This document shows positions 48,810 through 60,190 of a stretch of 64,000 nucleotides of DNA, piece by piece. This stretch comes from a virus. The stretch's first letter is position 1; each line of letters starts with the position of its first letter. Position numbers and translations under genes: made by a program. The notes beneath the pieces are model-generated. The model did not search any database. It was given only the letters and a program-made list of their open reading frames with translations, and was not told the origin of the DNA. The stretch covers positions 4,220 to 68,219 of the IMG/VR virus record IMGVR_UViG_3300033149_003379; one strand, given 5' to 3'.

Positions 48810-49844
48810 ATGGCAGCAGGTGATGCAATTATCAGAGGTGAGTCTTGGGAATTATCGTTTGGTCCAGAAACATCATATGGTGTAGACCCAGGTACAGCAG
48901 CTCTGAATTGGGTGTTCGGTGTTGTTCAACAAGCGACTATGCCTGACCCCGAGTTTAATTGGATGCCATACTGGATGCTCGGCTCAGCATCTAAGAGGAA
49001 CTTCTATATTATGTATAGAGGTCGAAAATCCTTTGCTGGGTCGATACCAGATATAGTTCTCATAAATGGCTATCCGTTGTACCTTCCTATAGGAGATGTA
49101 GTAACGACTGGAACGGAATCTCCATATACTCATACAATCTCTGAGACAAATAGGCTCAAGTCTATAACTATGCAACATGAGTTATTCGATGCAGATGGAA
49201 ATTCTGAGCTCATTAGGCGTTGGAGTGGAGGAAAGGTAAACAGAGCTAGTTATCATGCTTCTGAAGGTGAGCCTCTCATGATGAGCATAGAGGAAATTAT
49301 ATTCAACTCTTATGCTAGTAGTGGAGATTCTGGAATAGCAAGTGCTAGTGCATCCTATCCTACGACTGATCCGTACTTGTTCTGTCATGGAGCACTTACG
49401 TTGTTCGGCACAGAGTTTGCTAGAGTCAGGAATTTCTCGATTGAAGTGAGCAACAATATCGAACCTAAGTACTACATAACGGATGACTCTGCAGAATCGA
49501 GGGCACCATATGAGCTCAGGGAAGGAAGACGAGAATACCGCATGACTGCTAATATTGACATAGCTGATAGTAGTATCTTCGATGCGCTGGTTGCAGAAGG
49601 CGTATACACGTCGTTGAAGGGATTCGACATCTCTCTTGTATTTACTAGAGGCGATAATGATACAATTACCTTTACGATTCCGCCGACTACAGCTGATGCA
49701 GGTGGAGATAGCCAAGGAGCATTCATACGTTCAGCTCCTCATAATATCGTGAATGAGCCAGCGGTATCTGTTCCTGTTGATATAATTTTTAGATCTATGA
49801 AGATCGTAGTAGTTGATGCAGTCGAGGATTATCCTGAAGATTAA
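48810..49844 (+). CDS. Tail tube (major tail) protein
   Basis: FGPETSYG; YTHTI; G.KVN; FSIEVSNN; EGRRE. Confidence 0.8.
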   Translation: MAAGDAIIRGESWELSFGPETSYGVDPGTAALNWVFGVVQQATMPDPEFNWMPYWMLGSASKRNFYIMYRGRKSFAGSIPDIVLINGYPLYLPIGDVVTTGTESPYTHTISETNRLKSITMQHELFDADGNSELIRRWSGGKVNRASYHASEGEPLMMSIEEIIFNSYASSGDSGIASASASYPTTDPYLFCHGALTLFGTEFARVRNFSIEVSNNIEPKYYITDDSAESRAPYELREGRREYRMTANIDIADSSIFDALVAEGVYTSLKGFDISLVFTRGDNDTITFTIPPTTADAGGDSQGAFIRSAPHNIVNEPAVSVPVDIIFRSMKIVVVDAVEDYPED

Positions 49845-49854
49845 GGAGGTTTAA

Positions 49855-50396
49855 ATGGCTGAAGTACAGTGGAGAATAAGTCACGAACCTGAGGAGAAGA
49901 CCATACACTACCAAGGGAAGGACTTTACTATTCAGGTGAGGCCCATGACTTGGAGTAAACGTAATCAAATTGTTTCTCAGTGTTTGACCTATACTGAGAG
50001 GGGAGAAGCACAGTTCAATCTCGATCGGTACTACAAGGAATCAATTATGTACATGATTCCTCAAGGTCCATGGGGAAAGACTGATGCGATTTTCTTGACT
50101 TCTATCAATGAGGAGCTCGGGAGAATCCTTCAATCGTTTGTATCTAATCCTTTTGATAGTGGTGGAGTTGAAGCTCAGGATTTTTTCGACGAAGAGCGAG
50201 AGCAGTCCTCATAGGTAGGGGCAACTTCTATGACTTCGATGTATACAGGAAGTTAGTTGAGATAAAATTGATGCAGCTAGGTATATCATTCGAGAGTCTA
50301 CAATCAATGACTGAGCAAGAGGTACTTAGTTACATGGGAGTCCTAGAGGCTGTGGAAGAGAAAATGATGGAGGAACAAGAGAGAAATGCCAGGTGA
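49855..50396 (+). CDS. Tail assembly chaperone G (49855..50214) and -1 frameshift product GT (to 50396)
   Basis: Slippery T TTT TTC at 50181-50187; the -1 frame is open to TGA 50394-50396, overlapping the TMP start. Confidence 0.75.
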
Positions 50397-51675
50397 GGGA
50401 GAAATCCTTGGTCGAATAATAGTCGAAGATACAATCAAGACTCAATATGAAGGTGCTCCAGGAGGCAGTCTCGGTCGACTTCCTGGAGGATTGCCTGGTC
50501 GAGTACCAGTAGGTCCAACTGGAGATCGTCCAGCTCAAAGCAAGGACATACAGGATTTGAAGAAAGGCCTCTTGGGAGCAGTCGGACTCGGTGGTCTAGC
50601 AAAGGCAGCAGGAGGTATAGGCCTTATTGTAGCTGCGGTTACATTTATTGTATCAGTCATTAAACGTAGTAAAGTGTTTAGTACATTCATGAATGCGTTT
50701 CTGACAGTACTGTCGTCATTTGTGGATGTTATGCTCATGCCTCTAATTCCGATTCTCTCGCGTTTTCTACGCTTTGCTCTGAAGGTCTTCCAAGGATTCA
50801 GAAAGGAAGGCATTATCGGAGCGATTAAGGCTATACTCGAAGGGATAAACCTAAAAGGAATACTTTCGAAGCTTCTAGACTGGGGAAACTTCATCGCAAA
50901 GCTCGTTTGGAGTGATTTTATTGTAGGCATAGTTTGGGAGAATCTCATCAAAGGCCCAGCTCAGTGGGTTTGGGAAAATGTCATTAAAGGCCCAGCTCAG
51001 TGGGTTTGGGAAAACTTGATTGAAGGCCCAGCGCAATGGGTTTGGGAGAATATAATTAAGGGCCCAGCTCAATGGATTTGGGAAAATGTTATCAAAGGTC
51101 CCGCTCAATGGGTTTGGGAGAACGTAATTACAGGTCCAACTCAATGGGTTTGGGAGAATCTCATCGAGGGTCCTGCTCAATGGGTCTGGGAGAATGTGAT
51201 TAAAGGTCCAGCCCAGTGGGTCTGGGAGAATCTCATCAAGGGTCCAGCCCAATGGGTCTGGGAGAATGTTATCAAAGGTCCTGCTCAGTGGGTCTGGGAA
51301 AATGTTATCAAGGGCCCAGCTCAATGGGTCTGGGAGAATACCATTAAAGGTCCCGCTCAGTGGGTTTGGGAGAACGCTTTATCTCCTTTAGGAAGTGCAT
51401 TGAAAAAGCTCTTTCCTGATATCGACATACCATTTCCTGATATTGATATACCATTCTTCCAAACAGAAAGTCTCCAAACAGGAAGTCCATACATTCCTCG
51501 CGATATGCTAGCGTACCTGCATAAAGGTGAAGCAGTGATTCCAGCTAGATATAATACGTTCAACATCACAAACAATCTGAGCTCCAATGCGCCTACTGGT
51601 TATCTAGCTGGTAGAGAGATGGGAGAAGGTTTTGTTAATTCTCTCACGAGTCTTGTATTGAGGACAGGTATCTAA
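50386..51675 (+). CDS. Tape measure protein
   Basis: Position after the chaperone; Trp-periodic repeats; AYLHKGEAVIP. Confidence 0.8.
   Translation: MPGEGEILGRIIVEDTIKTQYEGAPGGSLGRLPGGLPGRVPVGPTGDRPAQSKDIQDLKKGLLGAVGLGGLAKAAGGIGLIVAAVTFIVSVIKRSKVFSTFMNAFLTVLSSFVDVMLMPLIPILSRFLRFALKVFQGFRKEGIIGAIKAILEGINLKGILSKLLDWGNFIAKLVWSDFIVGIVWENLIKGPAQWVWENVIKGPAQWVWENLIEGPAQWVWENIIKGPAQWIWENVIKGPAQWVWENVITGPTQWVWENLIEGPAQWVWENVIKGPAQWVWENLIKGPAQWVWENVIKGPAQWVWENVIKGPAQWVWENTIKGPAQWVWENALSPLGSALKKLFPDIDIPFPDIDIPFFQTESLQTGSPYIPRDMLAYLHKGEAVIPARYNTFNITNNLSSNAPTGYLAGREMGEGFVNSLTSLVLRTGI
50935..51375 (+). repeat. 12 x 36-nt coding tandem repeat (WENxIKGPAQWV)
   Basis: In-frame units within the TMP, with mostly synonymous variation. 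Confidence 0.9.
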
Positions 51676-52100
51676 TGGCACTAGATGTATCGATTACTAG
51701 CCCAGACGGAAATACAAATACCACATATAATATACAATGTGAGGTCGTAGAGCATACTATTAGTCGTAGTCCTACTGCAGCAGCACTTCCTGGAGAGACT
51801 GGCGAAGGTGCAGGAGACCCAGATGTTTTCTATCTCGATCTAGGAATGCAACTTGAACAAATAACAATTTCAGGAGTACTCGATAATACTAATACTCCGA
51901 CGAAGGCTACACTTCGTACAATTGCGTCAACGTGGTGGAGAGACAGTGTAGAGGAGGATCCTCCAAAATATATCAAGCTAACTCTTCCGGGTAGTGAAGC
52001 ATATTACGGTGGTATCAAACAAGCATCATTTAGACGTGGTGCTGAAGATACAGAGTATTGGAGGTTCAGCTTGGTGTTTATTGTTGAATCAAAGGTATAA
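51675..52100 (+). CDS. Distal tail (Dit-like) protein
   Basis: Follows the TMP; LDLG...ITISG. Confidence 0.6.
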   Translation: MALDVSITSPDGNTNTTYNIQCEVVEHTISRSPTAAALPGETGEGAGDPDVFYLDLGMQLEQITISGVLDNTNTPTKATLRTIASTWWRDSVEEDPPKYIKLTLPGSEAYYGGIKQASFRRGAEDTEYWRFSLVFIVESKV

Positions 52101-55100
52101 TGGCAACTAGAAGTGGTGTAAAGATTGAATATCTGAATGATAGTGACGTTTGGACTGAAGAGACCGATCGTCTGAGCTTTGAATATACTGACACTATTCG
52201 CGGTAGAGCTAGACTAGTCAATATTCTTTTGTCTAATCGTCTGAATAACAAAGAGCCTAGGTATACGAATTACCGTAAGATTCGGGTTACAGAATGGCGT
52301 ACGAATCGAGTCATTTTCTTAGGTAGAGTAGAATCTGTTGAGCCTAAATGGAGTGATACATATGGCCAATGTGTGAAGCTCGTAGCTAGAGATTCACTCT
52401 CAGAGCTATATGAGCGTAAAATAACCTCTGACTACTCTGATACACCTCGTACTCGTAGTGAGCTAATCGCTCAGATAATCTCAGACTATGCATATTCAGG
52501 TTCTCTGTCTACAGACATAGAGGCTTCCGGCTCCTCTGAAACAGTTGCTCCAGACTATTCTACGTCTGAGATGACGGTAATGTCAGCGATTTTTTCATTA
52601 GCTAAGGAGGATCCTTGGAGCGATGAAGAGTTTGGTGCTGTATGGAGATGGAACGGAGCAAGTTGGGATGATAATACAACTGAGGCTGCTAGTGAAGCAG
52701 GAACTCCGTTTAACTTCCTTGAAGATACAGAGGATTACTTCTACTTTGGATTGAATAATCCGTTTATTGGAATTCAGTTCGATCTCGATACTCTTGGCTC
52801 CTACGGAGCCTTTACATGGGAATATTGGAATGGTTCTGAATGGTCTACGCTCTCTCTAGAAACGACTCATGACTTCACCGCAGATGGAAAGATAGAGTTC
52901 ATTCCTCCTTCAGATTGGGCTGCAAAAGCGTTCTCTAATGGAGATCCGCATGGAGCAGAGCCTCCAGATACAACAAGTAGATATTGGCTTCGTGTATCGG
53001 TAGATTCTGTAACTACTGCTGCAAGCTTCTACTATGCAATACCTCTAAGAGGCTATGGATATGAAGTTTGGGTTACGGACGATCCTACTCCAGTGTTTAA
53101 GTATGCTCGTAGAGGTAGTGTACCATCAGGAGGTCCGTCTGCCAATGGTTTGACTCTTGAGTACAAAGGCACTGCAGGTGATCAGACCATAAAGATCTTT
53201 AGTGATTATACCTTTCCCGTAGCATCTAAGGAACGATATACTAGAGTTACTGTTCGCGGAAAGGACAGTGATGGAGCGAAGGTAGAATCTACTGAGATTG
53301 ACTCTGACCTCGAAGGCACCATAGAGATGGTGAAGGAATTTGTCGAAGAGGTCTACGGAGTTACTACCCTACCCTGGCATATTGCCAGACGAGAGCTAAG
53401 GCACTACTCAGTCAGTTAAGCAAGGAAGCTCTACGAGGTAATGTGACTATACCAGGATTTCCAAGGTACAAGATTTCAGGTTCGTGGAATGTTGTAAGAG
53501 CTGGAAATCTTGTACGAGTCAAATGTTCGAACTCGTTATTGGATGAAGACTTTCTTGTTCAAGAGATAAAGTATACTGAACCAGAAGGTATCGCTAAACT
53601 AAAATTGCTCAGCTTAGACGGTTGTTGGGAATTCTCTCCATTCGAGATAGAGTCGATCTTTTCAGGTCTCAGTCATTCAGTGATGAACTCTATGTCTAGA
53701 GCTGGTACGATTCAATCAGCTCCTTCGACTCCGTCTGGATGGTCCGCTTCTAATATAACAGCAAGTACTGGTAATAATCCTGACGGTACTAGTATCATCT
53801 ATTTTGAAATTGAAGTTCCTCGAGTAGATGAGAATATTTCTGAATACATAGTAAGGTACAGAGTAAAGAATGCCTCTGAATGGAGAACGATTGTAGTTCC
53901 TCAGACAGAATCAGGAAATCCAGTTACTCAGACTCCTCCAGTTCTAGGAGGACAGACATATGAATTCGGTGTCAGATCAAGAGGAACATCTGGTCTTCTC
54001 TCAAGTTGGACCTCGACAGTTGAAAAGGCAGCCGTTGCTGACACTTCTGCTCCAGGAGCTCCATCGAATCTTTCTGCTACAGGAAGTTTCAAGTCGATCT
54101 TTCTCACTTGGGACAATCCTTCAGATAGTGATCTGAAGTATATCGAGGTTTGGGAGTCTGATACGAACGACCGAAGTGCAGCATCAAGAATCGCAGTAGT
54201 CTTTACAGACTTCTTCTCTAGAGGCGGCCTCGGAAATAATGTCACAAAGTACTATTGGATTCGAGGAGTGGATGCTACTGGTAATGAGGGAGCCTGGCAT
54301 CCTACAGGTTCAACGGCAGGTGTTAGCGCAACTACACTAGTCATAGGTTCTACTGATGTTGATGATTTTGCAATAACCGCTTCTAAGATACACAACAAGG
54401 TTCCAGTACTTTCAGGAGATTCTTGGACAGACAATTCACCTTCAGCAGGATCTGTTGCTTGGAATGAGCACTCACTCTATTACAACGGAGTTGAGTACAC
54501 GATATCTGCTGGAAGCACGAGCGACAAATACATTTACTGGACCGGAGGTACCTCCTATTCAACTTCTAATACGAATCCATCATCAGCCACTCTTGGAGAT
54601 GATGGCTTTGTTATTGCTACCAATATCAATGGAGCTCATGACCTCGCCTGGAATGCGATCGCGAATGAGATAATTGGCAATGCCTACATCGAAAGTATCA
54701 CCGCAGAAAAAATAACTGCTGGAGATATCGCTACGGCGAGATTGAGTGCACATGCAGCAGACGGTGTCAATGCTGGCACTATTGCTATCTCTGCAGATAA
54801 ACTGGCTGTTACAGGTACAACAACCTTCGCGAGCGGTAAGACTCTTGCTGAAGAGATAAACAACGGTGTCACAACGATAGATGGTGGAAAGATAACTACC
54901 GGTACGATCGAAGCTAATCGCTTGGATGTTTCAACACTTGATGCGATTACAGCTAATATGGGTACGTTGACTGCCGGTGAAATTCGATTAGGTACAGGCA
55001 CTGTAGGCACGGACTTCGCAGGTATTAGAATCTACAATGCTGGCACAGAAGTCTCTCCTGACTACAGAGTTTCGAGTTGGTCTGCTCCTGGAGGAACAGA

Positions 55101-56151
55101 AACTCTCAACGTCTATTTGGATAGTGATGGGCTTACTGTTATTGGTGAAAAGGTATACTTCAAAAACATATTAGGGGCTGATAGAGGAAAGGTCTTCGGT
55201 GCTTCAGGAGAATTTCTGGTGGTCAGTGCTGAGGATGATTTGCTTCTTGATGCTGACCTTATTGATATTCGTGGCCCTGATGGAGCGTACTTCTCGATTT
55301 CGTCATCTCTAACCAGATTTCTTAAGATTTATGAATATGATGGTGATGCATACATAACGAATGTTGAAGACATAGGTGATTCACCATCCGATCTATCATC
55401 AACTGATATAGTTATATACTCTGGAAATGACATCAAATTAAGTTGTGAGCATTACGTTTCTTTAAACTTATCTACTGACATAGATGAGAGTGTTGAACCA
55501 TATTCTGACTTCACTAGCAGTGCTTTGCTTCTTGAAGATGGTGATGATGTTGTTGTAGTTACGGATGATCTTCTATGTGTATATAAGCTGCTTATGGGTG
55601 GAGACATACAAGCGTCAGACAGTGAAGCTGAGGATATCGGTGACTTAAACGCATTCGATAATATATTTTGTGATGATTTGACTACCTCTACAGGGTCGTA
55701 TGATGAACTTGATGACATAGCCATCATAAAGAGGATTACGGACCGTGGAGATAGAATGTATGATAGGGAAACTCTGCCTGCTGAAATGAAGATAGACAAA
55801 GAACAGTATGTTGAAAAGAATCTAGCAAAATATTCAAAACACGTAATCGAGAAACATGAGCATCTGCAGCAGAAATTGGAAGAATTAACTAAGGCACTTG
55901 CTGTCGAAATGAATGCTTCTAAACGAGCGAAGATACAAAAATCTATAGATATGATAGAATCAAAGCAGAAGTCTTTGGGAGCGAATATTGACAAGGTTGA
56001 AGAGGACCTTTGGAAGAAAGCTGAAGAAAAGTATCAAAAATATGTGAAGATAGGACCAGCAGTCGGTTTAGCTCTCGGAGGTCTGAAGCAGTTGGCCTTA
56101 CGAGTTGAGGAATTAGAAAGGAGGTTAGATAATGGACTCGGAATCACTTAA
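52100..56151 (+). CDS. Tail tip hub/central fibre (FN3 domains, C-terminal coiled coil), interrupted by a 5-nt duplication
   Basis: ORFs 52100..53419 and 53443..56151 fuse in frame if one TACCC at 53365-53374 is removed; FN3 motifs YEFGVRS and LTWDNP..YYWIRGVD. Confidence 0.7.
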
Positions 56152-56326
56152 GAAACTCATCAACGAAGTGAATGATGAAATGAAGGCTCTTGTTGATGAG
56201 TATAATTCTCTTGTAGAGACAATCAAGAAGGCTCAATCAAGGCAGAACGAAATAACAAAACAGCTTCTTAGGTTAGAAGGCAAAGGACAAGCGATAAAGG
56301 AACTACAAGGAGGTAAAGAAGAATGA
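56132..56326 (+). CDS. Small coiled-coil protein
   Basis: AGGAGG RBS; heptads. Confidence 0.6.
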   Translation: MDSESLKKLINEVNDEMKALVDEYNSLVETIKKAQSRQNEITKQLLRLEGKGQAIKELQGGKEE

Positions 56327-56556
56327 ACGATGGTAAAGCTTGGGTTCGCCAGTGGATTGCGATTGCATTTACATTCGGTTTGTTAGGTATAACTACATTT
56401 GCTCTTTGGGGTGGAGTTGAGACAAATATGGAGGTCTTCTGGTCCTTCTTTACTGTAGCTACAGGCTATATCGGTTGGTTCTTCAAGAGTAGGGAAGACG
56501 AAAAGAGAGCACTTCGAGAAATGCTGAAAGAGAAGCTGAACCAAAAAAGCAAATAG
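56323..56556 (+). CDS. Two-TM protein, holin candidate
   Basis: Two TM segments, charged C-terminus, end of the late operon. Confidence 0.5.
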   Translation: MNDGKAWVRQWIAIAFTFGLLGITTFALWGGVETNMEVFWSFFTVATGYIGWFFKSREDEKRALREMLKEKLNQKSK

Positions 56557-56595
56557 CTTGATATAATAATCAAGTCAATAACTCAGCAAAGGAGG

Positions 56596-57338
56596 TTGCC
56601 GATTAACGAGACTATCAGAGTTTCTCATGTTCTTGATAATGGTGAGCTAGTGTGTTGGTGTCCGTTTCATTCAGATTCTAATCCTTCACTTTATGTTAAT
56701 CCATCAAAAGGTGTTGCACACTGCTTTGCAGGTTGCTATAGTGGAGACATCGTAGGTCTTGTAGCTATGTTGAGAGAGACAAATCGCCTAATGGCTAGAT
56801 CTGAATTGTATGAGGCCTTCGATTTTGACAATCTGACAGACCTCTCACGATTGCCAGCACAAGATGTGACGACTGAGAAACACATTGATGCAATCAAATG
56901 GTTCACTGACCAAGGATTCACCTTGAGGACAGCATATTACTGGAAGGTTGAATTCAATGACACATCGTTTACTCTTCCTATTCGTAATGTGAATTCAAAA
57001 ATTCTAGCATATATCACTAGGAATCTTGTCTCCTTTCCGAAGTATGTAATGTCGAAGGGATTCAAGAAAAATGTCCTCTTCGGTTTGTTAGTGAAGGTGT
57101 TCTTGATTGTTTGTGGTTGTGGCAGAACGGATTCAATAATGTTTCATTGTTAGGAGCTCATCCATCATTAGAGCAACTATCTCAATTGAAAGAGTTGAAT
57201 CCAGGTTGGTTCATCTTTGATGATGACATAGCAGGACAAAAGGGAGTTGAATACACAAGAACATTTTTTCCAGATGCGAAGTTTCTCTTATTCAATGTGA
57301 GAGAGCTCAATAAAGAACAAATTATGGAGGTTTTGTAG
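56596..57338 (+). CDS. DnaG-type primase (CHC2 zinc finger + TOPRIM), frameshifted near 57090
   Basis: CPFHSDSNPS..HCFAGC; alternative frame EGVLDCLWLWQ..FDDDIAG. Confidence 0.75.
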
Positions 57339-58106
57339 ATGGAAGGACAAACTTACGGATCATTAATCTCTGGTCTGGAACAGCTGAAGAAGCGCTCAGA
57401 GGAAATTCAGAAGGCTAGAGAGGCTATGAGAAACTCGAATCTTGAGTTGAGATTGAAAGCCGATGAAATAGCACATATTAGAATTCTAAGTGATGCACCA
57501 GACATTCAGACAGGATTGTTCCATAGAGTTGCACGTCAAACTCCTTCAGGAAAGACTTTTACAGAAGAGATTTTCTGTCCGATGCCTGACAAAGAGTGCC
57601 AGTTCTGCTTGAGTGAGAACTCTGATATTCGATCTCGCAGAGCTAAAATCTTCATTTGGGTGTATCTCTATTACATTCTACACAAGAAGCCGATTCAAGG
57701 AGTTGAGACTGAAGAGGTCTCTCGTGCAGGGATGAGGTTCTACAAAGAGACCGTCAATAACCTTAGATACATCCGAACTGGTGAAGGTTGGGGAGGATAC
57801 ATTTCAAGCAAGTTCATCCAGTTGTACCAGAAGTATGGTACTCTCTGTGATAGAGATTACGAATGGATTAGGCAAGGAGATTCGATGACAAATACCGTAT
57901 ATGACATCCTGCCAGAAGATCCGACACCGATTCCTGATGAGGTTAAGAAGGTGATTGAAAAGTTACCTCCTTTGAGCAAGCTCGTAAAGGGAGAACCGAT
58001 TGAGTTCGACGGTCAGATTATAGGTGAGGGTCAGTCTGGTGGTGAGAGTGCTAAAGAAGAAGAAATCCCTCTACTTGAACGTCTGAAGAGGGAGAGAGGA
58101 GGATAA
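57339..58106 (+). CDS. Putative single-stranded DNA-binding protein (gp32-like)
   Basis: H..C....CQFC zinc site; R.G....T.Y; follows the primase. Confidence 0.55.
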   Translation: MEGQTYGSLISGLEQLKKRSEEIQKAREAMRNSNLELRLKADEIAHIRILSDAPDIQTGLFHRVARQTPSGKTFTEEIFCPMPDKECQFCLSENSDIRSRRAKIFIWVYLYYILHKKPIQGVETEEVSRAGMRFYKETVNNLRYIRTGEGWGGYISSKFIQLYQKYGTLCDRDYEWIRQGDSMTNTVYDILPEDPTPIPDEVKKVIEKLPPLSKLVKGEPIEFDGQIIGEGQSGGESAKEEEIPLLERLKRERGG

Positions 58107-58447
58107 TGAAGGTTACTGTAGGAGTCGGCTTTACACTTCTAATAGGACCTAGAAGAAATGCCAATAATGAATACATTCGTCCTCAAGTTGTGTTCTCAGA
58201 TATCGATCTTGATGGAGATGTTGAGAAGCAGCTTGAGGATGCGAGAGAGGCAACTCGTAAGATTTTTGACGAGGTAGTTGACATCACACTTGAGAGAGTT
58301 AACATGTTGGCTAATCAAGACCTCTCTCCAGATCTAATGAAGGTTTTCTATCAAATTGATGAAAAATTGAAGGAGCTAGAGAATGGACTTATTGAAGTTG
58401 CAGGAAGAGTACCTGAGAAAAAAGTTCGGAAGAAAACCGAATCCTAA
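58106..58447 (+). CDS. Hypothetical protein
   Basis: Coupled ORF. Confidence 0.55.
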   Translation: MKVTVGVGFTLLIGPRRNANNEYIRPQVVFSDIDLDGDVEKQLEDAREATRKIFDEVVDITLERVNMLANQDLSPDLMKVFYQIDEKLKELENGLIEVAGRVPEKKVRKKTES

Positions 58448-58679
58448 AGACGCCGCGTTAGGTTTGGTTGGAGAGATCGGAGAGCTTGTTTGTAATTCAA
58501 CCTTTCTGCCGTGGAAGAAACAAGATTCGTTAGAGAATATTAAGGAAGAGCTGATTGACTGTCTCTTCTTCCTATTGGAGCTATTCATCTGCTTTGATAT
58601 GGATCAGGACGAAGTGAACAAGAGGTATTGTGATAAACTTGAGCATAACTTGAAGCGAGACGATCATGTGAGGTACTAG
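58383..58679 (+). CDS. MazG-like/all-alpha NTP pyrophosphohydrolase
   Basis: GEIGEL...PWK...EELIDCLFF...KLEHN..R. Confidence 0.8.
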   Translation: MDLLKLQEEYLRKKFGRKPNPKDAALGLVGEIGELVCNSTFLPWKKQDSLENIKEELIDCLFFLLELFICFDMDQDEVNKRYCDKLEHNLKRDDHVRY

Positions 58680-59558
58680 ATGTTCAAGCAAGAAGTAGTG
58701 TTTGTCGAAGGTGTAAACGGCACAGGAAAGGACTATTTTCTCGAGAAGTCTCGAGAGTACTTTCCTAATGTGATTCCATACTATGCTCCTAAGAGTAATT
58801 TCTCAATACCGATAAATGACTCCTTCGTTACATTCAATACAATATTCAGGAGTATTGAGATGAACGGAGGCAAACCGTCCTTCATTTATAGGTCTCCAAT
58901 AACGGAACTTGTCTATGATAGGTATTTCGGACGAGACCTCTCTGGAGCAGAGCGTCTATTGAAATTGTTTTTCGAGTTTTTGACTTCAGATGTTTATACC
59001 TCTCGTGTAGTGTACTTGAAGCCACTTCATTGGTCAGTTGTGCAACAGAGAAGGCCGTCTATGAAGGAGGAAGACCTTTGTCTGCTTGATCGGATGTATC
59101 ATGAAGAATTCGCAAAATATGGAGTGAGCATTATCTATCTAGAGGAATTCGACTCTCTACTGAAGAGGTTGGACCATCAGATTGAATCGCTGCCAGAGAA
59201 ATTCGTTCTCGTTGATGTTGATAACACGTATTATCAATATGGAGGCAGTGAAGAGAACTTTAGAGAGTCTATTCCAGTTTCTCTGTGGGAGCCAAAGGAG
59301 AGTGTTTCACTAGCAAGCATTTTCATTTCTGGAAGGCCTCATGAAGAGATCGGAGCATTGCAATCTCCATTCTACGAGATTCTCAGGTCGTCGGTTAGTT
59401 ATAAGTACTCACTAATCAAGAGATTGCTTGAAACGACCGACAAGAAGTTCATCCTGTATGATGACTATCTCTATATCCTAACACTCCTATATGAGCATTT
59501 CGATTTGTCACTTGATAAGGTTGATGGAAAGAATATATGGAGGCTTTCAAATTGCTGA
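58680..59558 (+). CDS. P-loop nucleotide kinase fused to a HAD-like domain
   Basis: EGVNGTGK; RSPITELVY; DVDNT; SGR; YDD. Confidence 0.7.
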   Translation: MFKQEVVFVEGVNGTGKDYFLEKSREYFPNVIPYYAPKSNFSIPINDSFVTFNTIFRSIEMNGGKPSFIYRSPITELVYDRYFGRDLSGAERLLKLFFEFLTSDVYTSRVVYLKPLHWSVVQQRRPSMKEEDLCLLDRMYHEEFAKYGVSIIYLEEFDSLLKRLDHQIESLPEKFVLVDVDNTYYQYGGSEENFRESIPVSLWEPKESVSLASIFISGRPHEEIGALQSPFYEILRSSVSYKYSLIKRLLETTDKKFILYDDYLYILTLLYEHFDLSLDKVDGKNIWRLSNC

Positions 59559-60190
59559 CCATACCTTCGTACAAGCTTTCGTACTACACGAAAAGACCTG
59601 ATTGGATGTCAAGGATTCTTGAGTCTAAATCTCAATATGTCTCAAATATTGTGGATAATGTCGAAGGTATTCTCTTTCCAGGATTCTACGGTGATAATCC
59701 AGAATACGAGGTTTTCTACAGGGAGAATCTCATGGAGAAGTTCACTCCTCCTAGAGGAAATCTAGGCGGAGAATATGCTGTAATAGGAATTGCTCCAGGA
59801 TATAGTGACAAATCGTTCGGAGAATCTGTGATGCTCTTCGGCCCATCATCAGAAATCTTCCATCGGTTACTTGCAAAGCTCGATATCTATCCGTATTTTA
59901 CGAATCTCTTCAAGGAGCCGTACGAGAAGAATCGTGTTCCTTCAGAGACTTCAGAAGAAACTGCTGAAGCGCTCGCTCTATTGAAGAAGGAGTTATCGAT
60001 CATCCTTCCGAAGACAGTCATCTTTCTAGGTAAATATCCTCATTACGAGCCGATTAAAGAATTCCTTAGTTCAAAGAATCAGAAGCATGTTACAATCTAT
60101 CATCCATCATATGTGAATAAAACAGGAACATTCGATGAATGGTTCGTGTCTACTAAGCAGAAACTTATGAGTCTAAAGGAGGAGAAATGA
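59537..60190 (+). CDS. Uracil-DNA glycosylase superfamily protein
   Basis: IGIAPG; YFTNLFK; VIFLG; YHPSY. Confidence 0.75.
   Translation: MEAFKLLTIPSYKLSYYTKRPDWMSRILESKSQYVSNIVDNVEGILFPGFYGDNPEYEVFYRENLMEKFTPPRGNLGGEYAVIGIAPGYSDKSFGESVMLFGPSSEIFHRLLAKLDIYPYFTNLFKEPYEKNRVPSETSEETAEALALLKKELSIILPKTVIFLGKYPHYEPIKEFLSSKNQKHVTIYHPSYVNKTGTFDEWFVSTKQKLMSLKEEK

Noticed and set aside
50935-51375. 36-nt repeats read as CRISPR repeats
   Set aside because: There are no spacers; the units are in-frame coding repeats with mostly third-position variation inside the TMP.
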